Both the position numbers and the translations under genes were made by a program. This document shows, piece by piece, positions 1 to 10,605 of a stretch of DNA of 64,000 nt. Source of the stretch: Promethearchaeota archaeon (GTDB lineage Archaea; Asgardarchaeota; Lokiarchaeia; Sigyniarchaeales; SOKP01); contig JAHPZE010000010.1 of assembly GCA_019058365.1 (NCBI GenBank), positions 1 to 64,000 of the forward strand, given 5' to 3'. The notes below the pieces were generated by a model, which worked only from the letters and a program-made list of their open reading frames with translations, made no database searches and was not told the DNA's origin. Numbering within the stretch: the stretch's first letter is position 1; each line of letters begins with the position of its first letter.

Positions 1-288
1 TAAGATTTAATTCAAGTTAAAGGGATTTAGACTTTAAAATCCTTTGGTACTGTCTATTTTTTATTTTTTTCAACAAATTTCACATAATTATTATTTCTTT
101 CATTTAAGTTTCTTAAAGTCTTAAGAGCTAGATTTTTAACAGTGTATTTGTTCCTATAATTTCTAGTTCGGTATCAATCTTAAAGTTCTAATGAAAAATC
201 TTTTTCTTTGACCAATAATTTAAGACGTTTCAAACATTATAAATATGTAGTATAATCTTATAGGTAAAAAAAAAATATAATCTCATTA

Positions 289-1359
289 GTGATAAAGATT
301 AAACCGATTCATAAATTTAAAATTTTTAAGTCTGATGCAGCCCCTTTTTTCTTTTATATAGACATCTTTTCTCCAGATCTATCAACCTTTAAGTCACCAC
401 AATTAAGAAATCTATTAGAATCAATACAAACCAATCCCATTATGCCATTACCTATGAGGGTGGATCGGGTATATAATGGTGTACAATCAGTTTTGATTCG
501 TCCAAGAGAACCCACTTCTTTCTTGGTTATGGATGACATCAATGCGTTTATCAACCCTGTAGCATTTCTTCAATGTGGGCTAAAAAAACTGATATATTTC
601 ACAGAGGTTCGGGCTTATGAAAATCTTTTTCTTTCATTGAAAGTAGAAAAAGTACAAAAATGGTGGGATTCAACAAAGTTTCTTTATTCAAAACTCTTAC
701 GTCTTGAAGAGGATTTTTCAGCATTCATTAAAGCTTATATTCATACCGTGTTGAAAGCTAAACTTAACGAAGAAGATTTAGTTAGTGAAGCAATAAAATA
801 TTGTCAAATAGTATCAGATACTTGTAATAAGCGAATAAAAGATAATTTGATATTTATAGAAAAACCACATCATGAAATTAAAGTTAGTATGTATAAAGAA
901 AAAGTAGCAAAATATTATAAAAAATTTAAAAAAGTAGAAGAAGTTCAATATCATCCAGAACTTGTAGATATTGATGTTTTTGACCTTTCTGAGAGAGGAT
1001 TTAACACTGATCTTGATAAACTTAACTCAATTTTAGATGAATTGATACCAAACGAAAAAAAATATATTCCTATTCTTTTCTATGATGATTTACTTGAGTG
1101 CATGCTCCAAAACTTGAAAAAATTAGATGATGGAGATGAAAATTTATTAGATCCTTCATTATTATTAGATACCAACGTAATAATTCTACAAAAATCAGAA
1201 GATTTAGAAAATCTGAAAATCCAAAATTATTCCTGGTTTAGTACTTTTGACGCAATTGATTTAGAATCAATAATTCAATCAATAACAACCACCAAATATC
1301 AATTTTTTAAATCATTAGCAGAACATGATAAACGAGTGCCTAAATTTCCGATTTCTTAA
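289..1359 (+). CDS. Hypothetical protein (356 aa, GTG start)
   Basis: Long uninterrupted ORF; no motif recognised. Confidence 0.8.
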   Translation: MIKIKPIHKFKIFKSDAAPFFFYIDIFSPDLSTFKSPQLRNLLESIQTNPIMPLPMRVDRVYNGVQSVLIRPREPTSFLVMDDINAFINPVAFLQCGLKKLIYFTEVRAYENLFLSLKVEKVQKWWDSTKFLYSKLLRLEEDFSAFIKAYIHTVLKAKLNEEDLVSEAIKYCQIVSDTCNKRIKDNLIFIEKPHHEIKVSMYKEKVAKYYKKFKKVEEVQYHPELVDIDVFDLSERGFNTDLDKLNSILDELIPNEKKYIPILFYDDLLECMLQNLKKLDDGDENLLDPSLLLDTNVIILQKSEDLENLKIQNYSWFSTFDAIDLESIIQSITTTKYQFFKSLAEHDKRVPKFPIS

Positions 1360-1471
1360 TGAAGTATTAGTGTTAAATATTAACATTTAACTAGTTAATA
1401 AATAATATTAAAAAATAGGATTAGCTATCTTTATTTTAAGGAGATATAAGAAGAATCTTACAAAAGAGTCA

Positions 1472-2608
1472 ATGCTTTATAAAAAAGAAAGACCCGCTAT
1501 TTTAATGCTCCAAGATGGTCGATATTTTCAAGGGATTGGTTTTGGAGCGACTAAAATTGTTTCAGGAGAACTTGTTTTTAATACTATAACTGGAGCGGGT
1601 TACCTTGAAACTTTAACAGATCCATCGTATTGGGGCCAAATTGTTGTTATGACTCACCCTCTCATAGGTAATTATGGAATTCCTCCATGGGAAAAGGATA
1701 AATTTGGTATTACTAAACATTTTGAATCAGATTCTATAAAAGTAACAGGTTATGTTGTAAATGAGTGTTGTAAACATCCAAGTCATTATCAAAGTGTTAA
1801 AACCCTTGATGAATTTTTAACTGAACAAAATGTTCCTGGAATTGAATGGATTGACACACGAGCAATTACCAAAATTATACGTGATGAAGGTGTCCAAGTT
1901 GGAGTGTTAGCAGTATATAATTATGGAGAGAAGCTACATATTGAAGAATTAAAACAATTGGCTTCTGAAGCAGAAGACCCGAATCTGCGAAATCTTGCAA
2001 GTGAAGTGTCAACTAAAGATGTTATGATTCATAAACCATCAAATCCTATTGGTAAAGTAGTTTTATTAGATATGGGGGTTAAGCTGAATATATTACGTAG
2101 TCTCGTCTATAGGGGTCTAGAAGTTATTGTAGTCCCATATAATTATACATACGAGCAAATTATGTCTTATAATCCCAATGGTGTTTTTATATCGAATGGT
2201 CCAGGTGATCCAGCAATATGTAAAAGTGCAATCGAGGTAAGCAGAAAGCTTATTGAAAATAATATTCCTACTATGGGAATTTGTCTAGGAAATCAGATTT
2301 TAGCATTAGGGGCTGGAGGATCTTCTTATAAACTTAAATACGGACACCGGGGTGGTAATAAGACCGTTGTTAATACTCAATCACAAAAATGTTACATTAC
2401 TTCTCAGAATCATGGTTTTTGTGTAAAAGATTTTGAGAAGGGAGGTTTTAAAGAAATTCTAAGAAATATAGATGATAATTCTAATGAGGGCATTGAACAT
2501 ATATCTAAACCAATCTTTGCCGTTCAATTTCATCCAGAAGCGTGTCCAGGACCTTTAGACTCATTATATCTATTTGATAAATTCTTAGAAAATATGAAAT
2601 TGTGTTAA
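1472..2608 (+). CDS. carA: Carbamoyl-phosphate synthase small (glutaminase) subunit
   Basis: GELVFNT, LTDPSYWGQI, SNGPGDP, GICLG nucleophile Cys, SQNHGF and FHPE motifs. Confidence 0.97.
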   Translation: MLYKKERPAILMLQDGRYFQGIGFGATKIVSGELVFNTITGAGYLETLTDPSYWGQIVVMTHPLIGNYGIPPWEKDKFGITKHFESDSIKVTGYVVNECCKHPSHYQSVKTLDEFLTEQNVPGIEWIDTRAITKIIRDEGVQVGVLAVYNYGEKLHIEELKQLASEAEDPNLRNLASEVSTKDVMIHKPSNPIGKVVLLDMGVKLNILRSLVYRGLEVIVVPYNYTYEQIMSYNPNGVFISNGPGDPAICKSAIEVSRKLIENNIPTMGICLGNQILALGAGGSSYKLKYGHRGGNKTVVNTQSQKCYITSQNHGFCVKDFEKGGFKEILRNIDDNSNEGIEHISKPIFAVQFHPEACPGPLDSLYLFDKFLENMKLC

Positions 2609-2829
2609 TAATAACATTGGATTAAAATATAAAGAACAGTGATAAGAAAGATGAAAAATTAGGGCATAAAATTAAAAATTATGTGTTTAAAATAAATTTA
2701 AAAATTAAAATTGATAATATTTTTTAATTAATTTTTAGCTATTCACATTTTATTATTTTAATTAGATATTAATAACATTAATATTTAAAGAATGGGAAGA
2801 GAAAGACTCAAAATTAACAAAATATAAGT

Positions 2830-2847
2830 ATTCTCCTTAAGGAGAAT
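2830..2847. promoter_or_regulatory. Perfect 18-bp palindrome ATTCTCCTTAAGGAGAAT
   Basis: Self-complementary sequence between the convergent 3' ends of carA and the kinase; function unknown. Confidence 0.4.
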
Positions 2848-3106
2848 TGCACTTCCTTAACCTCTTTTAATTATTTATAGGAAAAAATTATGCATTAAAA
2901 AGTTATTAAAGTACTTCTTTTTATCCTTTTGTTTAGAGGAAGTCTAATTTTAATGTTAAATATGAGATGGGTATATGAGAACAAAACTAATTGATTAATG
3001 ATGCTTAAAATAGATAAAAAATAGATAAACTTGGATATAGATTTGTTCTTAATTTTTTTTTTTTTTCACTTAGATTTAGATTTTCTGATCAAAGAAATAT
3101 TATAAG

Positions 3107-4909
3107 TTATCTTTTACCTTCCTCATATGTTATAGGTATAGAGAAAGTAAAAGTGCTCCCTTTCCCTAATTCACTGGAAAACGATATGTTTCCTCCGAGC
3201 AAAGTTAAAATTTGATTCGTTATTGTCAGTCCTAGACCCATACCTTGATAATTTTTAACTTCTGGGTTCTTGATCTTATGAAATTCTTCAAAAATATTTT
3301 CAAATTCACTTTCTGCGATACCTATGCCTGTATCAGTAATATTAAATTCTAAGAAGTCTCTCTGCTCTTTAATTTTTAATGTTATACTTCCTTTAGGGGT
3401 AAATTTTATAGCATTATCAAGTAAATTTAATAAAATCTCTTTTAGTCGAATATAATCAGTTTTTATAAATTCATATGTAACATCGTTTTCAATATAAAAT
3501 TCTAATTTTTTTTTTATACATAAAGGTTTTAGGGTAGATTGAATACTATCTAAAAACGTTTTTAAGTTAAACCTTTTAATATCTATTACTAATTCTCCCG
3601 CTTCGATCTTTGAGAGATCTAGGAGACGGGTAATTAATTCTAACAAATCACTTGAAGAAAACTTTACATCTAAAAGAAAATTTGTTTGACATTTGTTTAA
3701 TGGTCCGCAATAATCTTCTAAAAGAAGCTCGACAAACCCGATTATTGCATTTAATGGAGTTCTTAATTCATGAGACATTGATGATATAAATTTTGTTTTA
3801 ATTTGAGATTTTTTAATCGCATTATCAAGTTCTTCTTCAATTTTTCTTGTTTTTGTGATATTTCTGCCAATATATAAAATCCCCTTTATATCTCCGTATT
3901 TATCATATATTTTAGAAGATGTCAACGAAATTTTAACAGTGTCATCTGTTTTGGTTTTAAAGTCCACTTCAATATCTGTGAGAAATTCACCGTTTTCATT
4001 ACTCATAAGCAATTGAGACTGATAATGAAATAATTTAAGATCTTGCTCTGAAGCTAATAAAATTTCAAATGACTTTTTCAGAAGGTCTTTTTCTTGATAC
4101 TTTAGCAAGTTTAATAAAGTACTATTCGTCGATAAAATAATGCCCTTGGAATCAGTTAAAATTAAACAATCGGAGATTGCAGAGAAAATCTTTTCAGTAG
4201 CGGTTTTTAAATCTAATGAAAACAATTCATATTTCCATATTGCATATCCAATAAATATAAACGTAATAGAAAAACCAGCAAGGGCAAATGAAGGAATTAC
4301 TAAGGTGAAGATTGTGCCTAATAAAAAGTCAGTGATTAAAAAAATTGTAATCGGAATCAAGCATCCAATTGAAATATATTTAGCCTGCTTTTTTTTAGTC
4401 TTATCAGAAGTTGAAATATATATTTTTATGCTTAAATAACTTCCAAAAAAGAAAAGGGAAGTCATATAAATATATGTTAAGTAAATAAAAGCAGAGGATA
4501 TAACATCCATGTTATAATTAAAATCCCAACCCCAGTAATATTTTTCCATTTTTAAATTAATAACATATATTTTATAATTAAGAAGAACTAATCCTATTCC
4601 AATTAAATAAATTGTCAATAGAATTTTTTTTTTTTTCAAATTGTATTTCTCCGAGAATAATAAGATAAAATGAAACCATAATGCTGCAATTAACGGATAG
4701 ATTTGAGCAAAATTAAACCAAATATAGGCTTCTTCAAAATTAATTGCTTGTCTCATTCCAAATTCTGTAAAACAATATAATGAAACACTAAGACATAATA
4801 GCGCGAAGACTTTATTTAGTGAAATTTTAGGACCTTTTGAATAAATAAAAACTCCTAAAACTAAAGAACTAATAGCTATAATAAGCGATATAAGCAAAAA
4901 AATATTCAG
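3107..4909 (-). CDS. Membrane sensor histidine kinase (multi-TM N-terminus, PAS, HisKA, HATPase)
   Basis: About 7 hydrophobic helices, PAS-like segment, H-box SHELRTPLNAIIG, N-box NLLDNAIKF, DTGIGI, GxGLGL, GKGSTF; start uncertain (CTG 4909 or TTG 4897). Confidence 0.93.
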   Translation of the reverse strand: MNIFLLISLIIAISSLVLGVFIYSKGPKISLNKVFALLCLSVSLYCFTEFGMRQAINFEEAYIWFNFAQIYPLIAALWFHFILLFSEKYNLKKKKILLTIYLIGIGLVLLNYKIYVINLKMEKYYWGWDFNYNMDVISSAFIYLTYIYMTSLFFFGSYLSIKIYISTSDKTKKKQAKYISIGCLIPITIFLITDFLLGTIFTLVIPSFALAGFSITFIFIGYAIWKYELFSLDLKTATEKIFSAISDCLILTDSKGIILSTNSTLLNLLKYQEKDLLKKSFEILLASEQDLKLFHYQSQLLMSNENGEFLTDIEVDFKTKTDDTVKISLTSSKIYDKYGDIKGILYIGRNITKTRKIEEELDNAIKKSQIKTKFISSMSHELRTPLNAIIGFVELLLEDYCGPLNKCQTNFLLDVKFSSSDLLELITRLLDLSKIEAGELVIDIKRFNLKTFLDSIQSTLKPLCIKKKLEFYIENDVTYEFIKTDYIRLKEILLNLLDNAIKFTPKGSITLKIKEQRDFLEFNITDTGIGIAESEFENIFEEFHKIKNPEVKNYQGMGLGLTITNQILTLLGGNISFSSELGKGSTFTFSIPITYEEGKR

Positions 4910-5685
4910 ATTGTCTCACTTTAGTGTATCAAACATTTTTAGAGGACTTCTATAAATTTTCTAATTTTTTTTGGGGGATCTTTTAATTTCCCTTGATCTT
5001 GTTTGTTATTCACTCTCTTCTATTGACAAATGCCATATTAACTATAGTTGCTTATTCTTTACATTGAAATATTTTTCTTTAAACCAGACTTATCCCCATT
5101 TTTTTCATTTCTGGGTACTGAATAATTAAAATGAAAGAATCTGGATGAATTAATTATATATGTTGATAACTCTTTTTAATTTCCTGTAAAAAGCTCTTGA
5201 CAAATGCCGATGTTTAAGATCTTTTTTTTTTCTGATTAGGAAAATTATTTTATTAAGCGTTTTAGGTTTTTCTCATATTTTGAAGTTATAATGATTATAA
5301 AAGAAGTCTTATTTATATATTGCTATCTTTAAATGATATCTTAAAAAATTTCTGGAGATTTGTCACAATCAATAAAAATTATACTATTATAACATAAAAC
5401 AACGAAGACTCGGAACTGCGTTATTCTATTAAATTTATTTTTATATTAATTTCATCTTCTTTAAAAAGTATAAATAATAAAAGTTTCTATTATTTTGCTT
5501 ATATCTGGATTTTCTTTTTATTTAAGATTCTAATTATTTAATTTAATAAAATAAGATTCTTATGCATTTTATTTATCCTATTAATAAGTAAATTAATAAT
5601 AATCATTAATTTTTTATTCTTCAGAATATAAAATTACGATAAAACTAATTTAAGAAATAAAAAGTGTTATATAGATAGCTCAAAC

Positions 5686-8600
5686 ATGCCATTAGATAAA
5701 AAAATTAAAAAAATATTGGTTTTGGGATCAGGTGGGATACGAATCGGTCAAGCTGGAGAATATTTGGGATAACCCCATTTATCTAGAGAGTTTGATTATA
5801 GTGGTTCTCAAGTTCTCAAAGCCCTTAAGGAAGAAGGTATAAAGACTATCTTAATTAACCCCAATATTGCAACTATTCAAACTGATCCTCAACTATCGGA
5901 TAGGGTCTATTTATTGCCAATCAATGTTGATTATGTAGAACAAATAATCAAAAAAGAGAATCCTGATGGGATTATGTTAGCTTTCGGGGGTCAAACTGCC
6001 TTAAATGTAGGTGTTGAATTGAATGAAATGGGAATTCTTAAGAAGTATAATGTTCGGGTTTTGGGAACTCCTATAGAAGCTATAGAAGCTACTGAAGATA
6101 GAGATCTTTTTGTACAAGCTATGGATGTTTCAGGAGTTAAAGTTTGTAAAAGTCGAGCTGTGTCATCATATAGCGATGCACTTAAAGCAGCAAAGGAAAT
6201 AGGGTTTCCATGTATGATTCGAGTAGCCTACACTTTAGGTGGTCAAGGATCTGGGATATGTAGCAATATGCGAGAATTTGAAAAAATGGCAAAGAAAGGA
6301 CTTGCTCAATCACGGATAAACCAGATATTAATTGAAGAGAGTATATGGGGTTGGAAGGAAATTGAATATGAAGTAGTAAGGGATGCTGAAGACAACTGTT
6401 TTATAAATTGTAACATGGAAAACTTTGACCCCGTTGGGATTCATACAGGAGAATCTATTGTAGTTGCCCCTAGTCAAACTTTAACAAATGAAGAATATCA
6501 AATGCTACGTTCAGCTTCTATCCGTGTTATAAGAAATCTGGGAATAATTGGCGAATGTAATATCCAATATGGGTTAGATCCATTCTCAGAAGAATTTAGG
6601 GCAATAGAGGTAAATGCACGTCTTTCTCGGTCTTCTGCGCTAGCATCAAAAGCTACAGGTTATCCATTGGCATATATCGCAGCAAAATTAGCTATTGGTT
6701 ACACCTTACCTGAACTTAAGAATAAAATAACAGGTATTACTACAGCATGTTTTGAACCTGCTCTTGATTATCTCGTATTAAAGATACCAAGATGGGATTT
6801 AACTAAATTTCAAAGAGTTGATAGAAAAATTGGCTCTCAAATGAAATCTGTGGGCGAAGTAATGGCTATTGGGCGAACATTTGAGGAGGTTCTTCAAAAA
6901 GCCTTAAGAATGTTAGATGTTGGTGTGAAAGGATTAGTAGGGAATCAAATTGAGTCAATCGAAGATATTAATGAATTGAAATTTTCTTTAGCTAATCCAA
7001 CAGATTTACGAGTCTTTAGGATCGTCGAAGCGATAAACCAAGGAATCTCTATTGATGAGATTTATCAAATCTCTCGGGTTGATAAGTGGTTTCTATATAA
7101 AATTAAAAATATTATTAATATTGAAAAAGAATTAAAGGCTATAGACTTTTTAGAAACTGATGATGATGATAAACTTTATTGGTTTGAACGAGCAAAGCGA
7201 TTTGGCTTCTCTGATGGGCAAATAGCAAAAATAATGGGCTTAGATGTAATTAAAATAAGACAAATATTAAAGAGGAAGTATCAAATCCGACCCTATGTAA
7301 AAAGGATTGATACATTAGCAGCAGAATGGCCTGCTAATACAAACTATCTTTATATGACCTATGCAGCATCTGAGCACGATATTGACTTTGAGCAAGAAAA
7401 TAAACAAAATCTAAAAAAAATTGTAGTATTAGGCTCGGGAACTTATCGCATTGGAGCATCTGTAGAATTTGATTGGGGTTCAGTGAATTGTCTCTGGGGA
7501 TTAAAGAAGTTAGGGGTCGATCAAGCAATTATGATTAACTATAATCCAGAAACTGTCTCCACCGATTATGATACCTCAGATAAACTTTACTTTGAAGAAT
7601 TATCTGGAGAGCGAGTGCTAGATATCATTGAACTTGAAAAACCTGATGGTGTAGTTGTATCCGTAGGTGGCCAAATTGCCCAAAATCTTGCTGCTAAATT
7701 CACAAAATATTCGGAATTTTTCAGAAAAGTAAACTTAAATATATTAGGGACACATGGAAGTAGGATTGATATGGCAGAAGACCGTTCAAAATTTAGTAGC
7801 CTACTAGATCAATTGAAAATAAAGCAACCTCAATGGAGTATGTTGACAAATAAGGAAGAAGCACTTAAATTTGCGAGAGAAGTTGGTTACCCTATATTAG
7901 TTCGCCCATCATATGTGTTAAGCGGTGCAGCTATGAGAGTATCTTATGATGAAAAAACATTAAAAGATACTCTTGATCTTGCAGTAGCAGTTTCTCAAGA
8001 ATTTCCTGTAGTAATCACTAAATTTTTTAAAGGAGTAAGGGAAATTGAAGCTGATGGAGTATCTGATGGAACCATGGTTTTCATAGGGGCAATAGTGGAA
8101 CATATAGAAAACGCAGGAGTTCATAGTGGCGATGCAACAATGTCAATTCCGCCTCAAACAGTTTCTGATAGAGTAATTGAAACAATCGAGAAAAATACCA
8201 GAGAAATTGCATTGGCGTTAAAAATTAGAGGTCCTTTTAATGTGCAATATCTTGTTAAAGACGAAGAAGTATTTGTAATTGAGTGTAACCTACGGTCTAG
8301 TCGAAGTATGCCTTATGTATCAAAAACCAGAGGTATTAATTTAATGAGACTTGCCGCCGAAGTGTTTATGGGGGTTAAGATTCCTCAAAGAATAATGGAA
8401 TTACCTTATGGAAGATTTGTATCAATTAAAGCTCCAATGTTTTCATTCATGCGTCTTGATAAAGCTGATCCAGTTTTAGGTGTTGAAATGGCATCTACAG
8501 GAGAGGTGGCATGTATCGGAGAAGACTTTTCGGATGCTCTAATAAAATCACTTGAAGCCGCAGAAATGAACATTCCAATCCAAGGAGGTAATGTTTTAAT

Positions 8601-9030
8601 TTCTGTAGGTGGTAAAGAATTAAAACAACAAGTGATTCCTTTAGCGAAGAAACTTAGAAATTTAGGATTTACAATTTTTGCGACTGAGGATACTGCTATC
8701 GCATTAAGAAATAATGGAATTTACGCTGTTAAGCTCTATAAAATTCACGAATATGGCTTGGAACCAAACATCATGGAATGTCTACAAAATGGAGCCATTG
8801 ACTTGGTGATAAATATTCCTCTCCCCACTACTATAGAAGATAAATTCAGAACTATAATGGAAGATGAGTATAAGATCAGGAGAATGGCAGTAGATTACAA
8901 TATTCCTGTAATTATTAACCTACAACTTGCTAACGCTTTAATAAATGCAATAGAAAAAATTCGGAGAAAAGAAGTTGAAATAAAATCACTTAATGAGTAT
9001 CATCAAACATTAAAAGAAATATATTGGTAG
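5686..9030 (+). CDS. carB: Carbamoyl-phosphate synthase large subunit, interrupted; predicted join(5686..5758,5789..9030), 1104 aa
   Basis: ATG 5686 reads MPLDKKIKKILVLGSGGIRIGQAGE, then a 10-codon insert with TAA, then FDYSGSQVLKALKEEG...INPNIATIQTD in the same frame as the called ORF 5914..9030; two ATP-grasp halves plus MGS domain. Confidence 0.93.
5759..5788 (+). other. Putative 30-nt bulge-helix-bulge (BHB/BHL)-type intron in carB
   Basis: 4-bp helix CUGG(5753-56)/CUAG(5783-86), AG^A at both junctions, intron stem and exon stem; excision restores G-E-F-D-Y. Confidence 0.72.
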
Positions 9031-9128
9031 ATCAAATTGTTTTTAATTATTAATAGAAATCTTGAAAAATCTTTTTAATTTAATACAATTTATTCAATAT
9101 CTAAAGATATAACTTAGGTGTTAATTAG

Positions 9129-9410
9129 ATCTACTATCGTGGATATATTTTAATTCGACTGAAAATCATTGGTACTCAGTGGAAAGTTGCTGAAAAATTA
9201 AAAGGTTTGAAATCTCAGAATCAACTGGAAAATTGGCAAATCACTTATGTTACACCTATATATGGTGGTTGGGATTTATTGGTTGAGTGTAAATTTATCA
9301 ATCTTGAGGATTTAAATGAAATAGTTACATTCTGTAGAACGGATTTAGAATTATCTCAATGGATAGAGGCAACAACCACACTAATTGGCACAAAAAAGAA
9401 TTATGAATAG
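9129..9410 (+). CDS. Lrp/AsnC ligand-binding-domain protein
   Basis: GYILIRL...VAEKL...YGGWDLL...IEATTTLI pattern; frame open from ATC 9129 (in-frame TAG immediately before), SD AGGTG at 9116-9120. Confidence 0.8.
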   Translation: MYYRGYILIRLKIIGTQWKVAEKLKGLKSQNQLENWQITYVTPIYGGWDLLVECKFINLEDLNEIVTFCRTDLELSQWIEATTTLIGTKKNYE

Positions 9411-9922
9411 GTAATAAATTTAAGATCCCTATCGATATTTAGCTTTATCGATAATAATTTGGCTTTATTCCCGATTACATCAAGAACATGAAGTAAAATG
9501 GAGTAGAGATTTATTACTAGTAAATTTTTCCTATATTGAACTAGATGATAGCTTAAATTGAATGTTTTCATCAGATTAGATAAGTTTATAGTGCAGGCGA
9601 TTGTTATTAATAATTTTGATATTGGAATTATAGGGGTTTCCCAACATTATTAAATTATTACTTATTTAGTTATACTTTTTAGGATAAGGGAATGAAATTT
9701 CGCAGGTATGAGTTGTAACTCTTCTTGCAACCAAATTTGAAGTTTTACGTCCTCCAATAATTCCTCTAACCTTACATCATACGCAATTTCTTTATCCGAC
9801 ACAAGTATTTAATAAAAATAAAATTATTTAAATTAATGGTTAATAATTCATAGTAATTTCCCATTATTATTAATCGGTTAATACATCTCTCTATTTTTTC
9901 TATATTAATAGCTTTAACATAA

Positions 9923-10429
9923 TTAAAGAAAGAATTCCATGAATATTTCATCATCATACTGATTATCGATTTTAACTTGACGAGCTAATATTCCTTTTTG
10001 AACAAATCCTAAAATACTATAAAAATTTATTGCTCCAGAATTACTTGCTCTAATATATATAACTATCTTCTCATAATTATGTTTCCTTGCAAAATTGAAG
10101 GAATATTGGGTTAATTGATTCCCAATTTTTTTCCTACGCCACATAGGAAGTACAAACGTACCAATAACTCCAACATGATCAAATGAGTCTGAATATTTTG
10201 CCCATCTATCTAATGATTGGAAACCTACTATTTGGTCTTCAAATTCAGCCACAAAAATACCTTCATGATCTGATAAAGAAATTAAATATTCTCTCTCTTG
10301 TTTAGGCGTAAAAGGGCGGTTAACCGCAGAATATTCCCTCTCTGCACAAATAACTATCCAAATGTCTGATATTTCTTCAGCATCCTCTGGTAGAGCTTTT
10401 CTAATACAAATTTGTGCCATTTCTTTCAC
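9923..10429 (-). CDS. GNAT family N-acetyltransferase
   Basis: IRKA..ED, V.P.WRRKKIG motif A, N..AI.FY..LGF motif B. Confidence 0.9.
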   Translation of the reverse strand: MKEMAQICIRKALPEDAEEISDIWIVICAEREYSAVNRPFTPKQEREYLISLSDHEGIFVAEFEDQIVGFQSLDRWAKYSDSFDHVGVIGTFVLPMWRRKKIGNQLTQYSFNFARKHNYEKIVIYIRASNSGAINFYSILGFVQKGILARQVKIDNQYDDEIFMEFFL

Positions 10430-10605
10430 CTTATCTTTATCACTTTTGCATTTATTAAAAATTTATTTTCAGATACTAACATTTTTTCTTTATTGAGATA
10501 AGCAATTATTAATTTATAATTTGAAGGTAAAAAGTCTATTAATTATCATATCTTCTACAAAATAACTTGAGAAATAAATTTCTTTTATTATCATTATAAA
10601 AACGT

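Noticed and set aside
5767-5790. T4 gene 60-style ribosomal bypass or stop readthrough of the carB insert (GGA-TAA followed by a hairpin)
   Set aside because: No matching GGA landing codon after the stop, and either route leaves extra residues in a conserved motif; BHB splicing restores it exactly. Not formally excluded.
5914-9030. carB start at TTG 5914 as given in the ORF track
   Set aside because: Would omit the conserved N-terminal motifs encoded in frame from 5686
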